Shown here in pieces: positions 20,851 through 29,841 of a DNA stretch of 64,000 nt. A model generated the notes under the pieces. The model saw only the letters and a program-made list of their open reading frames with translations, was not told the DNA's origin and searched no databases. The DNA is from Candidatus Nomurabacteria bacterium (GTDB lineage: Bacteria > Patescibacteriota > Minisyncoccia > Phycocordibacterales > UBA918): assembly GCA_020631995.1 (NCBI GenBank), contig JACKGJ010000001.1:12751-76750 (forward strand). The letters are read 5' to 3'. How positions within the stretch are numbered: position 1 is the stretch's first letter; each line of letters opens with the position of its first letter. A program made the position numbers and the translations under genes.

Positions 20851-21489
20851 CTAATTAGCTTCCTTAGCAGCTTCTATAGCAGTCTTTATCTGCTCTTTGA
20901 ATTCTTCAAAGGTAGAAAATTCCATCTTTTCGTCGTTTAGGAGGAATGACGGGGTACCGGTGAAGTTACGTGCTCGAGCATCTTCAAAACTCTCATTGAT
21001 GCTGTCAGTAATAGTTGATGAGTTTAGATGAAGCTTAAATTTAGCCATATCAAGACCTAGCTCCTCAGCATATTGATTGAAGGCAGCAGACGGGCTACTA
21101 GAACGAGTCCAAGTAGATTGGTTTTCGAAGAGTTTGTCATGCATCTCCCAGAACTTTCCTTGCTGACCAGCAGCTTCAGCAGCCTTAGCTGCTGGTACAG
21201 CTTGGGGATGGATATTAATGAGCGGGAAATGTCGATATTCAAAACGCAAATCATCTCCGTGTTCGGCCATTAACTCTTCAATATAGGGGTTAAATTGAGC
21301 ACAGGCAGGACACTGGAAATCACTGTATTCCACCAGTGTAACTGCAGCATCTGGGTTACCCTTAATATGAGACTCCATAACCACTCCCTCATTTGCCTTT
21401 TCAGCAGTCTGCTTAGAATAAAGGGCTGAAGCACCAATTAGTACAATTACTGCCACAGCAACTACTTTCCAAAAGTGTTTTTTTAACAT
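20851..21489 (-). CDS. DsbA-like thiol:disulfide oxidoreductase
   Basis: TM anchor (MLKKHFWKVVAVAVIVLIGASA) and a CPAC active site in a thioredoxin fold. Start trimmed to Met83 of the track ORF. Confidence 0.7.
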   Translation of the reverse strand: MLKKHFWKVVAVAVIVLIGASALYSKQTAEKANEGVVMESHIKGNPDAAVTLVEYSDFQCPACAQFNPYIEELMAEHGDDLRFEYRHFPLINIHPQAVPAAKAAEAAGQQGKFWEMHDKLFENQSTWTRSSSPSAAFNQYAEELGLDMAKFKLHLNSSTITDSINESFEDARARNFTGTPSFLLNDEKMEFSTFEEFKEQIKTAIEAAKEAN

Positions 21490-21493
21490 ACGC

Positions 21494-22255
21494 GTGCTAT
21501 TGTACCACTTATCAAGTATGGCAAAAAGACCATTTATAAGGAAGCAGAAGCGTAAGCGCCACGGCGTTACTTTCTGGGACAGTGAATACGCCAAAGGCGG
21601 GGAGCATTTAGCATTGTCGGCTGAGGAAAGTGAGGACCTAGCAAAGTTTACTAGGTGGCTTGGGCGACAGAAGGATGAGATGTCACTGACGCGCCAGGCT
21701 AATGTTTTAGACCTTGGTTGTGGAAATGGTCGCAATCTAATCTATCTAGCACGTGAATTTGGCGCGGAAGGTATAGGATACGATCTCTCTACTGCCGCCA
21801 TTGCGGAAGCTAAGAGAGCGTCAGTTGGGTTACCTCTAACTTATGAGGCTCGTAGCATTGCTGGTGACTTATCAGTCGACGACGAATCGACTGACCTGGT
21901 TCTGGATATGATGACCTCACACTTCCTAAACATCAGTGAGCGTGAACACTTACGAAATGAGATACATCGAGTTCTGCGCCCAGGAGGATGGTTGTTTATG
22001 AAGACTTTCCTTCGCGATGAAGACCTTCATACCGAAAGACTACTAAGGGAGTTTCCATCTAATGAACCAGGAACCTATGTCCACCCAGTTATTGGCGTAC
22101 CTGAGCACGCCTACACCGAAGAAGAGTTAACTGACTTCTTGTCTGCAAAATTCTTAATTAAAAAAATATACCGTTCCCATAAGCACCGTGCTCATGGTAA
22201 AGCAAGAAAGCGACGTACTATTTCCATTTACGTACAAAAGGACCCTTATGAATAA
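21494..22255 (+). CDS. Class I SAM-dependent methyltransferase (small-molecule type)
   Basis: Motif I LDLGCGNGRN. No DPPY/NPPY DNA-methyltransferase motifs. Confidence 0.65.
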   Translation: MLLYHLSSMAKRPFIRKQKRKRHGVTFWDSEYAKGGEHLALSAEESEDLAKFTRWLGRQKDEMSLTRQANVLDLGCGNGRNLIYLAREFGAEGIGYDLSTAAIAEAKRASVGLPLTYEARSIAGDLSVDDESTDLVLDMMTSHFLNISEREHLRNEIHRVLRPGGWLFMKTFLRDEDLHTERLLREFPSNEPGTYVHPVIGVPEHAYTEEELTDFLSAKFLIKKIYRSHKHRAHGKARKRRTISIYVQKDPYE

Positions 22256-22263
22256 AATTTAAT

Positions 22264-22300
22264 AAAATCGCGAGATGTACTGCAACTCGCGATTTTATTA
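22264..22300. terminator. Bidirectional intrinsic terminator
   Basis: atcgcgag-loop-ctcgcgat-tttt, lying between convergent genes. Confidence 0.7.
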
Positions 22301-22305
22301 AATTT

Positions 22306-22674
22306 TTATTCAGCCGCTTCGGCTTCCTCCTTCGTTTTATGAACAGTCCCATCTGGATGGTTTGGTGGTGCGTAAAGTGTGTAAAGCTTCAGGCTTTCAG
22401 TCGAAGATGTGTTAATAAGATTATGTCTTGCTCCGGCGGACACAATAATTACCGAGCCGTCCTGAAGAACTGACTCTTCACCATCCAGAATCGCCTTGGC
22501 TTCACCCTTTTCAATCCTAATGAACTGATCAAGATGATGCACCTCTTCACCAATTTCCTCTCCAGGCAAGAGACTCATCAAAACCAACTGCATTCGCTCG
22601 TCGGTGTACAGTACCTTTCTAAAATTTGTATTTTCCAAACTTTCCTTTTCAATGTTAGTTATAAATCCTTTCAT
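22306..22674 (-). CDS. Cupin-domain protein
   Basis: 122 aa. Cupin-like beta-barrel motifs (GEE..HHL...GARHNL). Confidence 0.55.
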   Translation of the reverse strand: MKGFITNIEKESLENTNFRKVLYTDERMQLVLMSLLPGEEIGEEVHHLDQFIRIEKGEAKAILDGEESVLQDGSVIIVSAGARHNLINTSSTESLKLYTLYAPPNHPDGTVHKTKEEAEAAE

Positions 22675-22681
22675 AAATATT

Positions 22682-22996
22682 TTAAAATCTTATAGAATCA
22701 AAATCGACTACCTTTCCCCTTTCATCAATTTTGATTTTCTCCTGTTGATAAAGACGCATTCTCTCTGCTTTGTGTTCGTCATTAAGCCAAACTCGACCGT
22801 CACCATAGATTATACGATGCCACGGAATTCCTTTCACTCCATTTTGTTCAGCCTTACTCAGTATTCCCGTAATACTCTGGGCGGTTATGGGAGTTCCGCC
22901 AGCAGCGCGGGCAATATCTCCATAGGTACTTACTCGCCCTTTAGGGATAGTCAAAGCTAGTTCCACCACTCTTTCACTGAAGGTTTTTCCTTTCAT
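22682..22996 (-). CDS. Alkyltransferase-like (ATL) protein, MGMT DNA-binding domain without the active-site Cys
   Basis: VSTYGDIARAAGG...PWHRII. Trp replaces the Cys of the MGMT PCHR motif, as in YbaZ/Atl1. Confidence 0.7.
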   Translation of the reverse strand: MKGKTFSERVVELALTIPKGRVSTYGDIARAAGGTPITAQSITGILSKAEQNGVKGIPWHRIIYGDGRVWLNDEHKAERMRLYQQEKIKIDERGKVVDFDSIRF

Positions 22997-23292
22997 ATAA
23001 GGACCAGTCTTATTTTTACCAAGTCACCCTCTAACACATCTTCCGCTTTACGTACTTTTTTCTTTATGGGTAGAAGATACCTACTACTTTTGGTATCAAA
23101 AAATATAGAAGTATCCCAACTTGTTTTTCCAAGCGTTACAGTGACCTTAAGTGAATTCCAACCTCGATGTATACCCTTATGTTTTTCACGCCAGAGAGCA
23201 CTTTCTTCCTTAGGTAAAGATATAAAGTGCCATGAGCCAGTCTCCCCTGGCCACAACCATACTTTTGATTCAAAAGTATAATTCTTTCTCAT
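22993..23292 (-). CDS. DUF1905-domain protein
   Basis: 99 aa with WHFISLP-type motif. Confidence 0.45.
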   Translation of the reverse strand: MRKNYTFESKVWLWPGETGSWHFISLPKEESALWREKHKGIHRGWNSLKVTVTLGKTSWDTSIFFDTKSSRYLLPIKKKVRKAEDVLEGDLVKIRLVLI

Positions 23293-23294
23293 TG

Positions 23295-23888
23295 TTAATA
23301 TTCCACCACTATCGGAATAGAAAGTGAAGCATCATTTTCTGGTAGTCCAGAGGGATTATCTTTCTTCAGGACGAGTGTAGCTGGGCCAATATAAGCTGAT
23401 GGTAGGTCAATCATTTCAGACTTAAATGACACAAACTCAGTAGTCATCCAATCACCCTCCGCAGTAGCAAAGGAACCAGCAATCACATTACCGTCCGCAC
23501 CAATCACCTCAATCGGGAAAGATGCTTCAAAAAACCAATTGCCTCTAGCTTCACCCGTAACTACAAATTCCTTTCCTACTACTCCTCCAGGGTGTGGATT
23601 TTCTACCACAATCATATCTGGATTAGAGTTAAAATAATTTGGATACACAACTATCTCTTCAGCAAATGTTCTCCCGTCAGGAGTCCTACACTGGCGAGGG
23701 TAACTTTCCATAACTGGTAATCCGGCTACTAGGCAGTCCTCAAAGGACCTTATACTTTCTACATTGATACTGGCACCATCATCACGATTGTCAGTCGTCG
23801 AAATTTCTAAAGTGCCGAAGGTGACAACACCCCAAATAATCACCAATATGGTAAAAATTAGACCCAAAATAACTACCAAAATCTTCAT
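23295..23888 (-). CDS. Secreted/TM-anchored hypothetical protein
   Basis: N-terminal TM and about a 170-aa extracytoplasmic domain. Confidence 0.35.
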   Translation of the reverse strand: MKILVVILGLIFTILVIIWGVVTFGTLEISTTDNRDDGASINVESIRSFEDCLVAGLPVMESYPRQCRTPDGRTFAEEIVVYPNYFNSNPDMIVVENPHPGGVVGKEFVVTGEARGNWFFEASFPIEVIGADGNVIAGSFATAEGDWMTTEFVSFKSEMIDLPSAYIGPATLVLKKDNPSGLPENDASLSIPIVVEY

Positions 23889-23893
23889 ATTAT

Positions 23894-24220
23894 TTATTGC
23901 TTAAATTTTATTGCAGTGCCGTATGCCAATATCTCAGCCGCCCCTGCCATAATGGTAGAGGTTGTGAGGCGCACACCCACCACTGCATCTGCTTCGAGTT
24001 CTTCTGCCTCCTTTATCATTCGAGATAGTGCTTCTTCACGAGCATCAGTCATCGCTTTTACATAACCTTTTATCTCACCACCAACAAGACTTTTTAGACC
24101 AGCACCAATATCACTCCCTAAGTGACGTGCCCTAATAGTATTTCCCCGTACTAGTCCTAGAATTTCTCCATTCTCTCTGCCTGGAACAGTGTCGGTTGTA
24201 GTTAATGTTATATCTATCAT
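23894..24220 (-). CDS. YbjQ/UPF0145 family protein
   Basis: MIDITLTTTDTVPGRE...GGEI.GY, a YbjQ signature. Start trimmed to the internal Met (Met24) of the track ORF. Confidence 0.65.
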   Translation of the reverse strand: MIDITLTTTDTVPGRENGEILGLVRGNTIRARHLGSDIGAGLKSLVGGEIKGYVKAMTDAREEALSRMIKEAEELEADAVVGVRLTTSTIMAGAAEILAYGTAIKFKQ

Positions 24221-24230
24221 AATTAGAAAT

Positions 24231-24662
24231 TTAAGAAAGGTTGATATCACTGGATTTTTGCACCACTCTTCGCCAGTATAGGTGGCCAAAGTAGGAAAAG
24301 ATTAAAAACATCGGCAGACCTATTACGTTAAACACCATACCATGCCCAATCATCAGATTATTTACTACACCAAGGAACGTCAAGATAATACCCACAATTA
24401 ACGAGAGTCTGAATACTTGCTCACGCGCTAGACGAGTTGTTATATATCCGGCCAAAAAAGACCCTATCATCCATCCAAGCAATACTAAGATGTAAACTAT
24501 CCATGGCAGATTGTCAGTAAATGCTTTAATGTCCTTCACTTCCATACCCTCAGGAAACGGAAAGAAAAAAGAATTAACGAACTCAAAGAGAATCATAGTG
24601 ACAAATGCCAACAAAAGACCAGCGAGAACTGGCCAAACCTTGAATTTCATATAGTTTTTCAT
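24231..24662 (-). CDS. Four-TM membrane protein, hypothetical
   Basis: Hydrophobicity pattern only. Confidence 0.35.
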   Translation of the reverse strand: MKNYMKFKVWPVLAGLLLAFVTMILFEFVNSFFFPFPEGMEVKDIKAFTDNLPWIVYILVLLGWMIGSFLAGYITTRLAREQVFRLSLIVGIILTFLGVVNNLMIGHGMVFNVIGLPMFLIFSYFGHLYWRRVVQKSSDINLS

Positions 24663-24680
24663 TTTCTGATGAATTACCTA

Positions 24681-25382
24681 TTAACTTTCTTTCTCTATCT
24701 TTATTTCCCGCTCGTCTTTCAATACAGCTTCGGCGGCGATGGTCTTTTTAAAGGAAAACTTAAACATCGCAAAGACTATCATCGCGGAGAACATTATACC
24801 GATGACGTTTACCGTAAAGAGTAAGAGTGAGCTACTAATCATTTCCCAGTCAAACAGCGACATTCCTACCCCTGCATTAGCTAAAGGCGGGACCAATGCG
24901 ACAGCAATCGCCACTCCCGGTAACGTTTCATTTAGATGTGGTTTAGTAATGGCGAAAGCGGCAGCAAAGCCAGCAATAACCGCTACTACTGAGTACATAA
25001 ATGAAGACGATCCTCCGACATAAGTAGAGAGGGATAATGTTTCCAGAGTTGAAGCACCTGCAAACAATAAACCAATAACCAATCCGACAACTAAACCAAT
25101 ACCAACAGATTTAGCCAAAGTATAAAATGAACGAGCAATAAGTTTTGCATCAGAGACTATCACCCCAAGCGCTAGTGACAACACCGGGTAGAGTAGTGGC
25201 GCAATTAGCATACTGCCGATTAATATCACTGGACTTCCAAGTAGTACGCCGAACACAGCCATTGAGAGAGACAAAGAAAGCATCAAGAAGAAATCTACTC
25301 GAGGAGATGCATGTGCAATAATATTTTCGATTGCAGCGTTCTTGTCTTCCTCCTTTAGATTACTAAATAGACTCTCAAACAT
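24681..25382 (-). CDS. DUF389-like membrane protein
   Basis: Soluble N-terminus followed by a Gly-rich polytopic domain. Confidence 0.4.
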   Translation of the reverse strand: MFESLFSNLKEEDKNAAIENIIAHASPRVDFFLMLSLSLSMAVFGVLLGSPVILIGSMLIAPLLYPVLSLALGVIVSDAKLIARSFYTLAKSVGIGLVVGLVIGLLFAGASTLETLSLSTYVGGSSSFMYSVVAVIAGFAAAFAITKPHLNETLPGVAIAVALVPPLANAGVGMSLFDWEMISSSLLLFTVNVIGIMFSAMIVFAMFKFSFKKTIAAEAVLKDEREIKIEKES

Positions 25383-25501
25383 AAATTTATAATTACCATC
25401 TGCTGATTAAACGAATCGAATAAAGCACCTATGGTACCTTCATACCAAAATTTTAGCACATAGTGTAGACAAGGGTTTAAAAATGCACCAAAACCCTATT
25501 T

Positions 25502-26362
25502 CTAACCTCCTTTCTCCATATGAACCACTCTTTGAGGATATGGTATCACTATTCCCTCCTTATCAAATGCCATCTTTAGGCGCTTACGTAGTTCACCAGT
25601 CACATCCCACTGCATCACAGGTGTTGTATCACCTAATATCTTGATAACAATGGCTGAATCAGCAAAATCATCTACCCGCAAAAATGCTGGCGCTTTCAAA
25701 ATATGGTCTTTCCAATTTAGGTCTTCTGCTAACTCCGTCCCAACACGATTAATTACTTCTATCACATGTTCAATGTCAGAGTCATAAGATACTCCTATAT
25801 CCAGATTTACCCGAGCATAACCTTTGGACATATTAGAGACTGTATGTACATCACCATGAGGTACATGATGCACCGTACCACTTAGGTCTCGCAGCGTGGT
25901 CATACGCAAGGTTATGTGCTCTACCAATCCACAAGTTTTGTCAAAACACACTACATCACCCGCACGATACTGATTTTCCAAAATAATGAACATTCCAGAA
26001 ATCAAATCACGAATAAGGTACTGCCCACCAAAACCAAAAGCCAGTCCAGCAATACCTGCTGCCGCAATAAGTGGACCAATCGCGATGCCGATCTCTGAGA
26101 GAACCATCATCAGAGCAGTGAGCCAGATGACTATGTAGGCCGCCCCACTTAAGACCTGTATCAAGGTGTTTTCTCTTTTTTCTTCGGCAATTTTAGTTTG
26201 TCCTCCTTGCTTAATGACGCGTCTTACGAGCTTAGTTATCACCCTTCCAGAAAAATGTTGCGCTAAGAGTGCCCCTACTATTATCACTATCAATGTTAGT
26301 GAATGAGCCACGATCCAAGTAAATGCCACATTATATGTATTGTTGAAAAAATCTTGCATCAC
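25502..26362 (-). CDS. mscS: Mechanosensitive channel, MscS family
   Basis: Three TM helices followed by a beta-domain (GDVVCFDKTCGLVEHITLRMTTLRDLSGTVHHVPHG). Confidence 0.8.
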   Translation of the reverse strand: MMQDFFNNTYNVAFTWIVAHSLTLIVIIVGALLAQHFSGRVITKLVRRVIKQGGQTKIAEEKRENTLIQVLSGAAYIVIWLTALMMVLSEIGIAIGPLIAAAGIAGLAFGFGGQYLIRDLISGMFIILENQYRAGDVVCFDKTCGLVEHITLRMTTLRDLSGTVHHVPHGDVHTVSNMSKGYARVNLDIGVSYDSDIEHVIEVINRVGTELAEDLNWKDHILKAPAFLRVDDFADSAIVIKILGDTTPVMQWDVTGELRKRLKMAFDKEGIVIPYPQRVVHMEKGG

Positions 26363-26426
26363 TTAACCATACTGATTTGAGCCGTATTCGCAACCCTTTT
26401 ATTCAACAACTTATATGACACAATTC

Positions 26427-26708
26427 TTAACTGCCTGAAATTCCAGGAATATTAAAGATTCCCACAGCCAAATCTGCCCAGACTAAGAAAAATACCAAAG
26501 CTAAGACTGCAACCAAAATGGCCCGATATGTGTTGTTATTTACTTTACTTAAAATAAGGTTAAATAAAAGTCCAGCTCCGAAAATCAACACTCCGGCTAC
26601 AATAAAATCAAACAAATGCCAATTCCATCCTTCAACATATCGGTTTCCGAACAGAGGAATTAATAATATTGAGGCAGTGATCAACGCTGTTTTAAGCAAA
26701 ATTCTCAT
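26427..26708 (-). CDS. Small membrane protein, hypothetical
   Basis: 93 aa with three TM helices. Confidence 0.3.
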   Translation of the reverse strand: MRILLKTALITASILLIPLFGNRYVEGWNWHLFDFIVAGVLIFGAGLLFNLILSKVNNNTYRAILVAVLALVFFLVWADLAVGIFNIPGISGS

Positions 26709-26755
26709 ACTTAGTTTAAGCTTTTATTAGTTTAAAAGAGTTACAAGGTTTATAT

Positions 26756-27130
26756 CTATATACAATCCTTAGCTTTAAAATAGTCAGTAGCAGTCGGTGA
26801 ATCTCCAGCCTTTATTTCTTCTACCCGTTCTTTACCCAATTTTTCTACAAAACAAGCTTCTTGCTCAGGAGTTATCTCACTTGGTACTTGAGCGGGATTA
26901 ATACCAAATTTCTCCAACGCCTGTTCTTGCGATTCGTTTAGGAGGGGGTGACTGTCCCCACTACCGTCAGTCGTGGACTGTGTAGATTCACCACCAAAGA
27001 TAAGTGGTTTCAAATTAAATGGATCAGTAATCACGAAGACGATGACTGCCAAAATAATAATGGAGAAGATGACACCGAGTGTGACGAAGAAAATGTTAAA
27101 GAATTTTTTCATATTTACTAATATTATCAC
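26756..27130 (-). CDS. Small membrane-anchored hypothetical protein
   Basis: N-terminal TM and a 90-aa soluble tail. Confidence 0.3.
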   Translation of the reverse strand: MIILVNMKKFFNIFFVTLGVIFSIIILAVIVFVITDPFNLKPLIFGGESTQSTTDGSGDSHPLLNESQEQALEKFGINPAQVPSEITPEQEACFVEKLGKERVEEIKAGDSPTATDYFKAKDCI

Positions 27131-27191
27131 CCAAACAGTGATTAAGATGCACTGTGGTTTGCGTCAAATTAATTTATCTATCTGGGTCAGA

Positions 27192-29006
27192 CTAGATCTC
27201 CCAACTAAATGGCAAAGTACCAATGAATGGGTGTAAGCCAAAGAGAACATCAGCTACTCCACCTCCCTCAGCACCCGGTAGCCAAGAAGCAACAATAGCG
27301 TCCCAATCTTCTGAATAGGCAGAAATATCAAGTGGCCTTCCTGAGACAATTACAACTACTAGCTTCTTGCTCACAGCTTTTGTCTTCTCTATCGCCGACA
27401 AATCTTCAGGACTTAAGCTCGGGTTCGGATTGTCCCCCCAGCCTTCGGCATATGGTTTCTCGCCCACAACGACAATCCCAATATCTGCCAGCTCACCACT
27501 CGCGGCAAAGTCGCCATTTTGATTATATTCAACAATCGTATCTGCTGAGACTGTTTCTTTGATTCCCTCCAAGATAGTAGTACCAGTGATACTCGTATCA
27601 CCATCGATGCCTTGCCACTCACTTGTCCAGCCACCAGCTTGTCGTCCTAAATTATTAGCAGAGGCCCCAGAGACTACAAGCTTTTTAACCGAGACAGGTA
27701 ATGGCAAGGTAGCCTTTGTATTCTTTAAAAGAACCTGTGATTTACGTACAGCTTCTAGCGCAATAGTATGATGTTCAGCGCTTCCAATAACCGACAATCC
27801 CTCTGGAGTAGCTTCAGGTCTATCAAATAGTCCGGTCTCAAACTTTACCCTGAGTATTCTTCTTACCGCATCATCGAGTCTTTCGTTTGATATATCCCCG
27901 TTAGCTACGGCCTGCTGCATATTGGACATAAAATCTTTGTACTCAAATGGTGTCATCACCATATCGATACCAGCATTAATCGTGGTTACCAAAGACTCAT
28001 ACCTAGTCGGTGCCACCTGATACACTCCGTACCAATCAGAGACTACGAAACCAGTGAAGCCTAATTCACCTTTCAGTACATCAGTCAGAAGATATGGGTT
28101 GGCCGCATTAATGATGCCATTCCAGCTAGCAGTACTAACCATAATGACCCTTGCCCCCTCATCGATAGCGTTCGCAAAGGGTACTAAGTGTATTCTTCTC
28201 ATTTCTGCATCAGTCAGAGTGATGTTACCTTCCTCAATCTGAAAGTCCTCATTGCGAGAAGTGCCGTACTCCATACTCCCTCCACCGATATAGTGCTTAG
28301 GGTTTGCTAACACTTTGTAGTAGCCAGTAGAGGAATCCTGAAGACCATGTATGTAGGCGACTCCTAATCTTGAAACTCTAGCTGTATCCGAACCAAAGGT
28401 TTCAAATGCCTTACCCCACCGAATATCTTTCACCACATCCAGGTTCGGTGCAAAGTTCCAATAAATTCCGGTAGCCGCCATCTCTTCGGCAGTCGCTTCT
28501 GCCACTCGCCTCACCAAGTCAGCATCATTAGTGGCACTGAGTCCTGTTAAGTGCGGAAAGACCGTAGCACCAAGTACATTGGCATGACCGTGCACTGCGT
28601 CAATTCCATAAAGTAGTGGAATCTTGAGACATGTCTTTTGGGCTTCAGCCTGAAAAGTACTTATCATTTGAAGCCAAGATAAAGGCTCATTGTTTATCTT
28701 CGGACCAGCACCACCGCCACTTAGGAGAGCACCGATGTTATATCTTTGAATATCACTAAGCGTGCGGATGCTGTTTTTCTCAATCAAAACCATTTGACCG
28801 ATTTTTTCCCATTCAGTCATTCTAGCCAGCAAGTCTTCAACTCGTTCTTCAACCGACAACTCTGAATTTAGGTATGGTGCGTTTTCTTGCTCACATCTTT
28901 CTGCAGTCAGGTCTTTTGGTGGAAGTACTTCCCTATTAACAAACAGCAACAAAACTCCGATTGCAATAGTTGAGAGGGCAAGGATGATAATCATTTTTTT
29001 AGTCAT
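27192..29006 (-). CDS. Glycoside hydrolase family 3 (beta-glucosidase / beta-N-acetylhexosaminidase-like)
   Basis: Signal anchor. GH3 nucleophile motif GFVVSDW. KH(F/Y)xGGG-like region. Confidence 0.85.
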   Translation of the reverse strand: MTKKMIIILALSTIAIGVLLLFVNREVLPPKDLTAERCEQENAPYLNSELSVEERVEDLLARMTEWEKIGQMVLIEKNSIRTLSDIQRYNIGALLSGGGAGPKINNEPLSWLQMISTFQAEAQKTCLKIPLLYGIDAVHGHANVLGATVFPHLTGLSATNDADLVRRVAEATAEEMAATGIYWNFAPNLDVVKDIRWGKAFETFGSDTARVSRLGVAYIHGLQDSSTGYYKVLANPKHYIGGGSMEYGTSRNEDFQIEEGNITLTDAEMRRIHLVPFANAIDEGARVIMVSTASWNGIINAANPYLLTDVLKGELGFTGFVVSDWYGVYQVAPTRYESLVTTINAGIDMVMTPFEYKDFMSNMQQAVANGDISNERLDDAVRRILRVKFETGLFDRPEATPEGLSVIGSAEHHTIALEAVRKSQVLLKNTKATLPLPVSVKKLVVSGASANNLGRQAGGWTSEWQGIDGDTSITGTTILEGIKETVSADTIVEYNQNGDFAASGELADIGIVVVGEKPYAEGWGDNPNPSLSPEDLSAIEKTKAVSKKLVVVIVSGRPLDISAYSEDWDAIVASWLPGAEGGGVADVLFGLHPFIGTLPFSWEI

Positions 29007-29162
29007 AATTCTTGAAAAGCGTTACAGTCTGTTCCTGTCTTGAGCAAATTAGAATAATCATCATTACTCATTCTATCCTAATAGTAGCGAGCTGTCTGTG
29101 TCGCGCTACTAGGCAATTGAAACACACCCGCATCGAGTAGATGTGGGTGTAGAACTTTAAAT

Positions 29163-29741
29163 TTATCTAGACTCCCCTTCAAAATCCGGTTCAACGATTC
29201 CCCACATCATACTGTCAACATCGAGTTTCAAGTAAGCGCTTTTGCCGACGGAAGGTTGTGTACTCATCGGTTCGCCTAACACTCTATCTACGTAATTGGC
29301 CACTACCACATTCTTATGTCGAGGATTAGGACTATTTTCTATTGTTTGTGGAGCAATCCTATCTCCAAGTAAATATCCATCCGAACCTACATATCCTCTT
29401 TCTGTATTTAGCGCTGCTACAACATAATAGAAGACTCCACTACCTCCCGTCTCCTGTGTTAACAAAAAGACGACATCGTCTCGCCCATCATTATTTAGGT
29501 CGACAAAGTAATCGTTTCCAAAGTAACGGGTAGTGACCATCGAAGCTGAGTCGGGAGTAGCTTCACTTTCTGCCAAGCCATCTTTAAGGTCTACCGTCAC
29601 CCCATCAATCCGGTACGCAGAGTCCTTGTAATCAGCAGTTGCTGGGACCTGTTTCTCGTTATAGATATATGAATTAAGCGCATAAAAACCAGCAATCAGG
29701 ACTACTACAAAAACCACAACTCCAATAATTATATTTTTCAT
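29163..29741 (-). CDS. Secreted hypothetical protein (FG-GAP/VCBS-like DxDGxxD loop)
   Basis: Signal anchor and DLNNDGRDDVVF. Confidence 0.35.
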   Translation of the reverse strand: MKNIIIGVVVFVVVLIAGFYALNSYIYNEKQVPATADYKDSAYRIDGVTVDLKDGLAESEATPDSASMVTTRYFGNDYFVDLNNDGRDDVVFLLTQETGGSGVFYYVVAALNTERGYVGSDGYLLGDRIAPQTIENSPNPRHKNVVVANYVDRVLGEPMSTQPSVGKSAYLKLDVDSMMWGIVEPDFEGESR

Positions 29742-29841
29742 ACGTTTATTTTAACTTATCTGGCAACCATCTGGACTAAAGTTGAGGTTTATTTAACTAC
29801 CGTCTAGTGTAACTGAATGTCATCGCTTTGCCCCGCTTTAA

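Noticed and set aside
21494-22255. Methyltransferase as the DNA-methylation partner for GcrA or as a restriction-modification component
   Set aside because: It carries only the small-molecule class I motif LDLGCGNGRN, with no DPPY/NPPY or target-recognition domain. No restriction endonuclease lies adjacent.
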